37,551 nucleotides of DNA from Nitrososphaerota archaeon (lineage in GTDB: Archaea; Thermoproteota; EX4484-205; JAAOZP01), in NCBI GenBank assembly GCA_011605725.1, contig JAAOZP010000013.1, forward strand, positions 1-37,551, read 5' to 3'. The stretch's first letter is position 1, and every line of letters begins with the position of its first letter. Made by a program: the position numbers and the translations under genes. Below, piece after piece: positions 27,412 through 35,684 of the stretch. The notes under the pieces were generated by a model. That model saw only the letters and a list, made by a program, of their open reading frames with translations. It had not been told where the DNA came from and did no database searches.

Positions 27412-28056
27412 ATGAAGACAGGCAGAATAGGGGTAGTCGACCCTCTCTGGGGCACCACGACGGTTGGAATATCCTGCACGGATGGTGTTGTCTTAGCTTC
27501 AGACACTAGGGTTGTTCAAGGATACTATTTTATCGCTCATAAACGTGGAAAGAAGATCCTGAAAATAGATGATTATATTGCTGCAACCATTTCCGGCGGG
27601 GTTGCCGACGCGCAGGCTCTTATAAGCACACTACAGTGGGAAGCACGGTCCTACAGGCTTGAAAGAGGAGTAAACATGCCTGTTAAGGCGGCTGCGAACA
27701 TTGCTTCGATAATCCTCTCTTCGACGCGCATGGCACCCCTCTACATTCAGCTTATAATAGGAGGATACGACAGGGAGGGAGCCAGCCTATACGTGCTGGA
27801 CCCGCTAGGAGGCTTCTCTAAAGAGGTTTTCGTAGGGTCAGGATCAGGTTCTCCCGTCGCGCTCGGGTATCTTGAGGCTGAGCTTAAGCCGCCGGTTAGC
27901 GTTGAAAACGCTGTACCCATCGCTGTCAAATCTATTCTCGCAGCCATGCAGAGGGACACTGCTACCGGGAATGATTTTGAGGTTATGATTGTCGACTCGA
28001 AAGGATGTAGGGAGCTAACGCTTGAGGAGAAGACAAGGCTGACTGGTTTAAGATGA
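27412..28056 (+). CDS. psmB: Proteasome beta subunit, catalytic
   Basis: Propeptide followed by G-TTTVG, ASDTR, GSGS and RDTATG; coupled to aCPSF1. Confidence 0.95.
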   Translation: MKTGRIGVVDPLWGTTTVGISCTDGVVLASDTRVVQGYYFIAHKRGKKILKIDDYIAATISGGVADAQALISTLQWEARSYRLERGVNMPVKAAANIASIILSSTRMAPLYIQLIIGGYDREGASLYVLDPLGGFSKEVFVGSGSGSPVALGYLEAELKPPVSVENAVPIAVKSILAAMQRDTATGNDFEVMIVDSKGCRELTLEEKTRLTGLR

Positions 28057-29954
28057 GTGTTGAGAAAGACATAAGGGAAGTAATCTTCGAGAAAATACCT
28101 AGAGAAGCCCAGATAGTCGGCATAGAGATGGAGGGGCCTACTATAGCTGTCTACGTTGAGAACCTGAGCTTCCTTGTGAACGGGCAGCAGGTTCTGGCTG
28201 AGGTTGCGAAACAGCTTAGAAAAAGAATTGTCGTGAGGCCGGCTGTTAAAGCGAGAAAGCCGAAGGATGAGGCTGAGAAGATAATTAGGCAGCTGGTTCC
28301 TAAGAAGGCTGGTGTCGAGGCTGTTGTTTTCAACGATGTTTTCGGCGAGGTTCTGGTTTCAGTCAGGCATCCGGATGCTGTTGAGGAGCTTGGGGAGAAG
28401 GTTCTGAACGACATTATGGTTGAAACAGGATGGAAGCCCAGCATTATACGAATACCTCCACTAAGCACCACGGTTATACCGCAGGTAATGTATGTTTTCA
28501 ACCAGAACGCTGAAGAGAGGTTTAAGATTCTCAGGGAGATCGGGGAAAGAATATTCAGGAAACCCCTGTTTAAGACTGAAACCATTACTCTGACTTTCCT
28601 AGGTGGTGCTGAGCAGGTTGGAAGGTCCAGCATACTTGTTTCAACAGACGAGAGCAATATCCTTATGGATTTCGGGATAAACCCTGCTGCAAGCTCCTAC
28701 GCGGACTCTTTCCCAAGAATCGACAGGATACCCATCTCTGTTGAAGACATAGATGCCGTAGTAGTTTCCCATGCTCATTTGGACCATATGGGTGGGCTTC
28801 CACTGCTTTTCAAATACGGCTACCGTGGCCCGGTTTACATGACTGAGCCTACAGTACACTTGATGTTTCTACTGCTTAACGATCTTTACGATGTTCTCCA
28901 GAAGAACGGTGTCACACCCTTTTTCGAGCTTAAGGATCTCAGGACTATTCTGCAACACACGATCCCGGTGAAATTCGGCGTCGTCGTCGATGTTGCTCCA
29001 GACATTAAGCTGACGTTCAGAAACGCTGGCCACATACTGGGTTCCGCGATAATTCACCTCCACATCGGCGAGGGGCTTCACAACATTGTCTTCACAGGGG
29101 ACTTAAAGTATGACCGCTCCATACTGCTTGAGCATGCTTCAACAATGTTCCCCAGGGTTGAGACGCTGATAACGGAGTGCACCTACGGCGGTGTGAACGA
29201 CACGATGCCGCCTAGGGAGGAGGTTGAGAACAGGCTTATATCCCTGGTTAACTCAACGCTTGAGAAAAACGGGAACGTTCTTATCCCCACGCTCGCCGTT
29301 GGAAGAGCTCAGGAAATAATGCTGGTTCTGGATAACGCTATTAGGAGCAAGAAGATTCCTGAAGTACCTATTTATGTGGACGGCATGATTTCAGAGGTTA
29401 CTGCGATACACGCCTCGTTCCCCAACTATCTTTCTAAGGATCTAAGGGAGATGATGAACAGCGGTGTAAACCCGTTTAAATCCGAGTACGTGATCCCTGT
29501 TAAAAGCTCGATTCCGAGGGAGGAGATAACTGAAGCGAGACGCAACATTATTCTTTCTCCTTCAGGAATGCTTGAAGGCGGCCCAGTTATAGAGTATTTC
29601 AAGCTGATCGCTCCACAGGAGAACTCTACGGTGATATTCGTAAACTACCAGATAGAGGGGACGCTTGGAAACAGGGTTTTAAACGGCCTTAGAGAGCTTA
29701 CGATGCAGAACTCCAACGGCAGGGTTGAAGCAATAACTATTAAAAGCGCTGTGGAGAGGGTTGACGGTTTCTCCGGCCATTCTGACAGGAACCAAATCCT
29801 GAACTATGTTAGAAGGGTTTACACTAAAAGAGGACCTCTCTTTCTAGTCCACGGGGAGGCTAAGAAGATCCAGAACATGAAGAAGTTTTTAAGCAGGGTC
29901 TACGGGGACAACGTTTACTCTCCGCGGCTCCTGGAAACCTACAGGGCGCTTTAA
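28053..29954 (+). CDS. fttA: beta-CASP ribonuclease aCPSF1 / transcription termination factor FttA
   Basis: N-terminal KH domains, LGGA.QVGRS, SHAHLDH, AGHILGS, FSGHSD and VHGE. Confidence 0.96.
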   Translation: MSVEKDIREVIFEKIPREAQIVGIEMEGPTIAVYVENLSFLVNGQQVLAEVAKQLRKRIVVRPAVKARKPKDEAEKIIRQLVPKKAGVEAVVFNDVFGEVLVSVRHPDAVEELGEKVLNDIMVETGWKPSIIRIPPLSTTVIPQVMYVFNQNAEERFKILREIGERIFRKPLFKTETITLTFLGGAEQVGRSSILVSTDESNILMDFGINPAASSYADSFPRIDRIPISVEDIDAVVVSHAHLDHMGGLPLLFKYGYRGPVYMTEPTVHLMFLLLNDLYDVLQKNGVTPFFELKDLRTILQHTIPVKFGVVVDVAPDIKLTFRNAGHILGSAIIHLHIGEGLHNIVFTGDLKYDRSILLEHASTMFPRVETLITECTYGGVNDTMPPREEVENRLISLVNSTLEKNGNVLIPTLAVGRAQEIMLVLDNAIRSKKIPEVPIYVDGMISEVTAIHASFPNYLSKDLREMMNSGVNPFKSEYVIPVKSSIPREEITEARRNIILSPSGMLEGGPVIEYFKLIAPQENSTVIFVNYQIEGTLGNRVLNGLRELTMQNSNGRVEAITIKSAVERVDGFSGHSDRNQILNYVRRVYTKRGPLFLVHGEAKKIQNMKKFLSRVYGDNVYSPRLLETYRAL

Positions 29955-30139
29955 AATTCTCCACGGGCTCAGGCTGAAAAACACTCGTTTCCCTCCTTCC
30001 CAGCGGTTTAACAGTGTACCGTTAGCATTTAACGTTTGAAGAAGCATAGCGCGCTGAATTCAACAGGCAACGTTTTTCAAACATGCCTCCGGCAGACTGG
30101 AAAAGTATTTATTTAAGCTTTCAGCAGAATCCTTGAGAA

Positions 30140-30388
30140 TTGTCCGCAGACACTACGATGGAGCTGCTTCAAGCATCCCTTGGAAAGAGCATAATAGTGA
30201 AGCTTAGAGGAGGTGCAAAAATACGTGGAATCCTAGACGGGTATGATCCTCATCTTAACATTGTGCTTTCCGACGCTGAGGAGCTTAAGGGAAACGAAAC
30301 TACTAGGCTTGGGCTGATCGTGATAAGGGGGGACAACGTGATACTGATCTCGCCCCCGATAGAGTATAAGCCTGGTGAAAAGGAGTAG
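30140..30388 (+). CDS. Sm-like archaeal protein (Lsm/SmAP)
   Basis: VKLRGG..IRGILDGYDPHLNIVL and IVIRGDNV; lies upstream of rpl37e. Confidence 0.95.
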   Translation: MSADTTMELLQASLGKSIIVKLRGGAKIRGILDGYDPHLNIVLSDAEELKGNETTRLGLIVIRGDNVILISPPIEYKPGEKE

Positions 30389-30394
30389 AGGAAA

Positions 30395-30595
30395 ATGGGC
30401 AAGACCTCAGCCGGGACAACAGCCTTCGGAAGGCTGCACAAGAAGGCGACTCACAAGATATGCAGGAGATGTGGAAGAAGGTCTTTCAACATTAGGAAGA
30501 AGTATTGCGCTGCATGCGGCTTCGGCAGGAGTCCAAGGATAAGAAGATACTCTTGGCAGAACAAGAAACTGCAGAGGACTGTGAGAGTTGTCTAG
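30395..30595 (+). CDS. rpl37e: 50S ribosomal protein L37e
   Basis: GT.AFG...[13 protein letters not shown]...[16 protein letters not shown]. Confidence 0.97.
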   Translation: MGKTSAGTTAFGRLHKKATHKICRRCGRRSFNIRKKYCAACGFGRSPRIRRYSWQNKKLQRTVRVV

Positions 30596-30598
30596 GCT

Positions 30599-31237
30599 TT
30601 GACGGCTGATTTAAATAGCAGAGTCAGCCTTCTCATCAAAGAGTCCTACGAGTACTTGAGGAGGCAGGAGGACGTTAAGTATGAGCTTCTCAGAAGCATA
30701 AGCAGCGTTGTGAAGAAGTGCAGAAGCTCCGTTAAAGCATCCTACGCTCAGGACTTTACGGCTTCGAAAAGAATACTTAACGATGTGCAGCGTGACATAG
30801 CGAGGCTGGTTAAAACTGCTTACCGGGAGGGGGTCTGGGAAACATGGCCCCCCATAGTTCAGACGTACCAGGAGTTTCTCGAGGCTGTTCTAGTATACTG
30901 GTTCACATCCGGCAGGGAGTATAGGCTTAGGGTTAAGCCTCCTCCTGCTTCAATACTCTACGCTGTCTCAGACTTCATAGGCGAGTTGAAAAGAGTTATG
31001 CTTGAGCATCTTAGGAGAGGCCGGTTGAAGGAGGCTGAGGAAACCTACGGGATCATGGTGCAGCTCTACGAGAATGTTTCGACAATCGCGCTCGGAGACT
31101 CCGTGCTGCCGGGCTTCAAGAGGAAGATAGATGTTAACAGGTCCTCAGTGGAGTCCGCGTTCTCAATTCTGAACGAAGAGCTCCGTAGAAGAGCCTTCCT
31201 AACATCCGTGGAAAAATACTTTGAGAAGCTTCGCTGA
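30599..31237 (+). CDS. Translin family protein (COG2178)
   Basis: QEFLEA, SDFIGELKR and FKRKIDV motifs. Confidence 0.85.
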   Translation: MTADLNSRVSLLIKESYEYLRRQEDVKYELLRSISSVVKKCRSSVKASYAQDFTASKRILNDVQRDIARLVKTAYREGVWETWPPIVQTYQEFLEAVLVYWFTSGREYRLRVKPPPASILYAVSDFIGELKRVMLEHLRRGRLKEAEETYGIMVQLYENVSTIALGDSVLPGFKRKIDVNRSSVESAFSILNEELRRRAFLTSVEKYFEKLR

Positions 31238-31258
31238 CAGCTTTAAACCCAGGGAAGC

Positions 31259-31882
31259 TTGAAGCTGGATCAGACTCTGTATGAAAAGCTTTGTGAAACC
31301 CAGAGACGCATTTCTGAAAAAGTCATCGTCGCAAGCACATGCGGTGGTGAAGTTGAAAGGATTGCTGGCGTCGACGTTTCGTATCGTGGCGATTCCGCCG
31401 TCGTAGGCTTCGCGGTTTTCAGCATTGCAGAAAACAGGATAATTCTTGTAAGTGTTTCAAGAACATTTTCAAAAATACCTTACGCATCCTCTCTCCTATG
31501 CTTCAGAGAAGGCCCTGTTGTCCTCCCTGTTCTTAGAAGATTCTTCTCGGAGTATGATATTCTGCTGGTTAACGGTCATGGGCTTGCCCATCCGAGAAAA
31601 TGCGGCTTAGCGACATATCTTGGAGTATTGCTTAAGAAGCCTACTGTCGGCGTTGCGAGAAGACCCTTAGGGAGGCTTGAAGAGGAGCATAACGTTAACA
31701 ATTTAAGGGCGTTTGGAAACAGGTTTTACTATAGCGTGGGAAACATGGTGACTCTGGAGGAGGCGTTCAACGTGCTTAGGAGAACAACCCCGGAGAACAG
31801 GAGGCTCCCGATACCTCTTGAGGCTGCACACCTGTTCTCGAGAAGAGCATTAAGGCTGGTGGCTGGTGATGAAAGAGTATAG
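31259..31882 (+). CDS. nfi: Endonuclease V family protein
   Basis: IAGVDVSY, FREGP, G.G.AHPR.CGLA, PTVGVA and RLPIPL..AH. Confidence 0.9.
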   Translation: MKLDQTLYEKLCETQRRISEKVIVASTCGGEVERIAGVDVSYRGDSAVVGFAVFSIAENRIILVSVSRTFSKIPYASSLLCFREGPVVLPVLRRFFSEYDILLVNGHGLAHPRKCGLATYLGVLLKKPTVGVARRPLGRLEEEHNVNNLRAFGNRFYYSVGNMVTLEEAFNVLRRTTPENRRLPIPLEAAHLFSRRALRLVAGDERV

Positions 31883-32555
31883 GAAGATGTTCATGCTGAT
31901 CGCGATTGCGAAGCTTGCTGAAGAGGAGAAGACGCCTGTTTCAACAAGAAGACTCTCTAAGACTACTGGGGTTTCGCATCAATCCGTCTCCAGGTATCTC
32001 AGGGAGCTTGAGAAAGAAGGCCTTGTTGAAACAGTGATGACGCCGAGAGGGCGGGTTATAAAGCTGTCAAGCAGAGGGTTAAACCAGCTTAAGCTTCACG
32101 CTGGCACAATCCTATCCTTAATAAACAGGGTTGACAAGACCTATGTTTTCACCGGAAAAGTTTTCACAGGACTCGGTGAAGGAGCATACTATGTTTCCAG
32201 GAAGCCGTATCTTGAGCAGTTCTACTCTAAGCTCGGCTTCTACCCTTATCCTGGAACTTTAAACCTTAGGATAGAACAGTATATGGATCAGCTTCTGCTC
32301 ATCGAGAAAATGTCTAAACCACCGATCTTCATTCAGGGCTTCACGAATCATGAGAGAACCTTCGGAGACGGGTATTGCTACCCGGTTATCGTAAGTAATA
32401 ATTATGAGGGTGCCATAGTTAAGGCTTTAAGAACTGTTTACGATAGTTCTGTGGTTGAAATAATCTCGCCCTACAATCTCAGGAAGGAGTTGAAGCTTAA
32501 GGACGGGGATACTGTAACCTTCACTTTCAAAAACGTTGAAACAGGTAAAGGGTAG
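31866..32555 (+). CDS. ribK: CTP-dependent riboflavin kinase with N-terminal winged HTH (RbkR type)
   Basis: HTH SHQSVSRYLRELE; GLGEGAYY, GFYPYPGTLN and EIISPYNLR. Confidence 0.94.
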   Translation: MMKEYRKMFMLIAIAKLAEEEKTPVSTRRLSKTTGVSHQSVSRYLRELEKEGLVETVMTPRGRVIKLSSRGLNQLKLHAGTILSLINRVDKTYVFTGKVFTGLGEGAYYVSRKPYLEQFYSKLGFYPYPGTLNLRIEQYMDQLLLIEKMSKPPIFIQGFTNHERTFGDGYCYPVIVSNNYEGAIVKALRTVYDSSVVEIISPYNLRKELKLKDGDTVTFTFKNVETGKG

Positions 32556-32575
32556 GATGCTGCGAGAAGCCTCAG

Positions 32576-33019
32576 CTACGTGCTCCTGATCTTCTCAATA
32601 ATCTTGCTCGTGCTCGTGTTGAAAAACTTCCTCATTTTAATTATCTTGATTCCGAGCCCAAGCCTTTTCAAAACTCTTTGAGTCCTCCTCATAATGCTGT
32701 TCTGATCATAGCCGAAGACAATAACATCAGGCTTAAGCCTCTTCAGAAACCACTCGATATTCTTATCAATCTCGCCCTTTCTTCCAATATAAACCTTGTC
32801 AACCGGCTTAAGCCTTGAAACCATGAAAGCACGGTCCCTAGCCTTAAACATCGGGCTCCTCCCCTTACTATCTTTAACCACGCTGTCGCATGCAACAATA
32901 ACAAGGAGTCTACCATCCTCACCCGCCAGACGCTTAGCCTCCTCAAGAAACCTTATGTGCCCAGGGTGGATAATGTCGAAAACACCTGTTGTAAGAACAA
33001 CCCTGCTTCTCCTGCTCAT
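32576..33019 (-). CDS. ribL: FAD synthase (cytidylyltransferase family)
   Basis: GVFDIIHPGH, PDVIVFGYDQ and STSKII; adjacent to ribK. Confidence 0.85.
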   Translation of the reverse strand: MSRRSRVVLTTGVFDIIHPGHIRFLEEAKRLAGEDGRLLVIVACDSVVKDSKGRSPMFKARDRAFMVSRLKPVDKVYIGRKGEIDKNIEWFLKRLKPDVIVFGYDQNSIMRRTQRVLKRLGLGIKIIKMRKFFNTSTSKIIEKIRST

Positions 33020-33270
33020 AGCCTGATCTCCGCCTTACTGTAGGTTCCTCATCACTATAAAAGCACTCCGGTTAAAGAAGCCTTGGTTCAACACTCGCCG
33101 TGAAGAGGCTTAAGCCAGTCGAAGAAAACCTCGTGTTTTAAGCATCCGTAAGGCTGAGCGGCTGAAAGACCTGCCTCCATGCGGCTGGAAGCATCCCCCT
33201 GGATAACGGGATAAAAGACCACAATAATGTTGCGAAGCATCCGATACCTGTAAGCCTAAATACTGCGGAG

Positions 33271-33285
33271 GAAAAACTTTTATTA
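33271..33285 (+). promoter_or_regulatory. BRE/TATA promoter of tRNA-Lys
   Basis: GAAAAACTTTTATTA ending about 27 bp before the mature 5' end. Confidence 0.65.
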
Positions 33286-33311
33286 CCCCTGTTAGGCTTG
33301 GAAAAGCACAA

Positions 33312-33416
33312 GGGCCCGTAGCTCAGACGAGAAATATTTAAATATGTCTCGGGGCAGCATGGCAGAGCAGCAGGCTCTTAACCTGACGGTCGAGGGTTCA
33401 AATCCCTCCGGGCCCG
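33312..33416 (+). tRNA. tRNA-Lys(CTT) with a 31-nt non-canonical intron at position 15/16 (33327-33357)
   Basis: Acceptor GGGCCCG/CGGGCCC, anticodon loop CT-CTT-AA and T arm GAGGG-TTCAAAT-CCCTC. The intron folds into a bulge-helix-bulge/loop (GCTC/GGGC helix, AGA and AGC bulges). Confidence 0.93.
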
Positions 33417-33507
33417 CTAACTTAATCGTTTAAAGCCCGTGTAGGAGGAAAAAAGTATGACGCCTGTTAAGTAGTATGCTTAAACCTTCCATTATACTAT
33501 TGCAGAG

Positions 33508-33521
33508 ATAGCGCGCGCTAG
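33508..33521. repeat. Junction palindrome downstream of tRNA-Lys
   Basis: ATAGCGCGCGCTAG (perfect 12-bp palindrome). Confidence 0.65.
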
Positions 33522-33915
33522 AAAGAGGCTGGTTCCAACGTTAGTGATTGCGGTATGTGCGTTAATCAAATTGGCCATGCGTCGAGGTTTGACTACGTAT
33601 TCTTCACAATTATTCTCATCGAGCATGCAAACTATCCCGCTCTTTAATTCTGTTTGCATGAGAAATCAGCGTTTTCACCTTAATTATCGCCACTAACTTG
33701 CCTCTTCGATACACGCGGAAGTCTGATCCTGTTTAAATGACCCTGTGGACCCAAGCTTTTTCAACAGTCAGAAGACTTTATTCTTACCTCGCTATAAAAT
33801 GGTAAACAAAGGTTTCACAGCGTTGTCATCAGACTGTTTACGCTGTGTTAACACGGCGGGGCGGCGATATTCTCCTGCAAAGACTTAATAGCGTCTCCTG
33901 CTTTAACACTGATGA

Positions 33916-34307
33916 ATGAGCAATATCTCGTTAGCCCGTAGATGGCTTAGGCAAGCAGAACGGGATTTGAAAGCCGCTAGGGATAGTTTTGGAAGCGAAA
34001 ACTATAGTGGGCTTGTTTCCAGGCTCAACAGGCAGCTGAGAAAGCGTTGAAGGCAGTTCTCTTCCTCAGAGGGTTTAGAGTGGTTTTAACACACTCGATT
34101 TTCGAGCTGGTTAATAGAGTCGGGGACGAAGAGCTTAAGAAGGAGGATGTCAAGTTTCTAGATAGCGTCTACATTGCTTCAAGCTACTCGAACTCTTTCT
34201 CGGAGGAGGTTGTGCCGTCAGAGTATTTCGATAAGGGTGATGCTGAAAAATGCTTAAGGTTGTCAGAATTAATATTGAAGAAGGCGAAAAAACATATAGA
34301 GACCTAG
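33916..34307 (+). pseudogene. HEPN-domain protein, frameshifted
   Basis: MSNISLARRWLRQAERDLKAA..ENY, then a 1-nt deletion at about 34005, then WACFQAQQAAEKALKA..THS. The usual RYP motif reads SYS. Confidence 0.85.
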
Positions 34308-34600
34308 AGAACAGGCTAATCGAGTTTCTGAAAAAGATAAGGACATGGTTTGAAATCGAGAAGGTCCTGGTGTACGGTTCATTCGCTAAGAGGGAGTTAA
34401 ACGAGGGAAGCGATATAGATATCATAATGATAGGTGGTTTCAAGGGGAGAATGCATGAGAGAATACTGGAAGTGTTGCGTGAAACAGACCTGCCGATAGA
34501 GCCCCTATGCTATACTGAAGACGAGTTTCAAAAAATGCTTGAGAATAAGAACCCTTTAATCCTGGAGGCGCTTGAAAAAGGATACTGGCTGAATATCTAA
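34250..34600 (+). CDS. Minimal nucleotidyltransferase (MNT)
   Basis: YGSFAKRE...SDIDII and YTEDEF; partner of the HEPN gene. Confidence 0.88.
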   Translation: MLKVVRINIEEGEKTYRDLENRLIEFLKKIRTWFEIEKVLVYGSFAKRELNEGSDIDIIMIGGFKGRMHERILEVLRETDLPIEPLCYTEDEFQKMLENKNPLILEALEKGYWLNI

Positions 34601-34651
34601 CTGGGTTAAGCCGGCGGACAAGTGCTTCTCGATAAGGCGGCTGGCAACTCT

Positions 34652-35596
34652 TCAAGAACTACCTGACGGGCTTCCCAGTTTTTCATAGACTGCTGCAAGT
34701 AGTAGTGGTAGAGCTAGCGTTACGTCCACGTGGACAAGCGCTATGGCAGCGTTCTCCTTCACCTTGTTCCAAGTTATTGCTTCTTCAAGCCTTGCTCCTG
34801 AAAGGCTTCCGTCGAACTCGTATGCTGTCGTCAGGGAAACAGCATAGTCCAGTCCTCCTTTAAACTGGTTCCACCATATGGTGTGATGCTTGCTTATTCC
34901 TCCTCCCAGTATTAGCGCGCCAGTCTTCTTGGAGGAGAAAACGATGTCTGAAAGCTCCTTCATGTCTTTCAAAAGGTTCAGTGTGAACTCGTTTGTCTGC
35001 GAGAATATGAAGAGTTGTGTGCCGAATGCTGAGTCAACCAGCCCAGGCGTATACACCGGTATTTTCTTCTCATATGCTGCTCTCAGTATCGAGTTCCTGT
35101 CCTTCAGCCTTTTCCCAACCTCCTCCGCAAGCTCCCTGCTGCTGAAAACCTTCTTCTCTCTTGTTATTTCCCTCAACACTGGTATTGTGAAGGATTCGAT
35201 CGCCATCCCGTAGGAGTTCTGCGGTATCAGGATGTTTCCAAGCCTATGGATTTCTTTTCTCCTAAGATCCTTATCGTTCATGATGAATTCTCCCCTATAG
35301 TATCTTCCCATGCTTTTAGCAATATCATGGTCGAATGTTCCGCCTGTGGTTATTATGACGTCGCAAAGCCCTTTCTCAATCATTTCAGCAACAACTCCTC
35401 TCAATCCTGTTGAAACAATGTTTGCAGTTAGGGATAGGAATTTGACGCATTCCCTGTCTCTAATCATTTCAAGCATAATGTCGTGGGCTTTCGCAAGCTG
35501 TGCAGCCTCAAACCCCCATCCCATCCTCATCCTGTTCAGGAGCTCTGTGAAGGTTTCAACTCCCTCAAGCCTATAGTCAACTATCTCCTTATTCAT
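34652..35596 (-). CDS. dys: Deoxyhypusine synthase
   Basis: TANIVSTGLR, ITTGG..DHD, ILGGGISKHH and DGSLSGA...EAITWNK. Confidence 0.96.
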   Translation of the reverse strand: MNKEIVDYRLEGVETFTELLNRMRMGWGFEAAQLAKAHDIMLEMIRDRECVKFLSLTANIVSTGLRGVVAEMIEKGLCDVIITTGGTFDHDIAKSMGRYYRGEFIMNDKDLRRKEIHRLGNILIPQNSYGMAIESFTIPVLREITREKKVFSSRELAEEVGKRLKDRNSILRAAYEKKIPVYTPGLVDSAFGTQLFIFSQTNEFTLNLLKDMKELSDIVFSSKKTGALILGGGISKHHTIWWNQFKGGLDYAVSLTTAYEFDGSLSGARLEEAITWNKVKENAAIALVHVDVTLALPLLLAAVYEKLGSPSGSS

Positions 35597-35684
35597 GCTG
35601 AAGAATTCTTCCAGCCCTGGTTAAAACTGTTTAGCCTCAAGATACGTTTATATCCGTAGGGATTGCCGTAGGAACTGTTAAAAC

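Noticed and set aside
33390-34650. Integrated element with attL/attR at tRNA-Lys
   Set aside because: No duplicate of the tRNA 3' end and no integrase seen.
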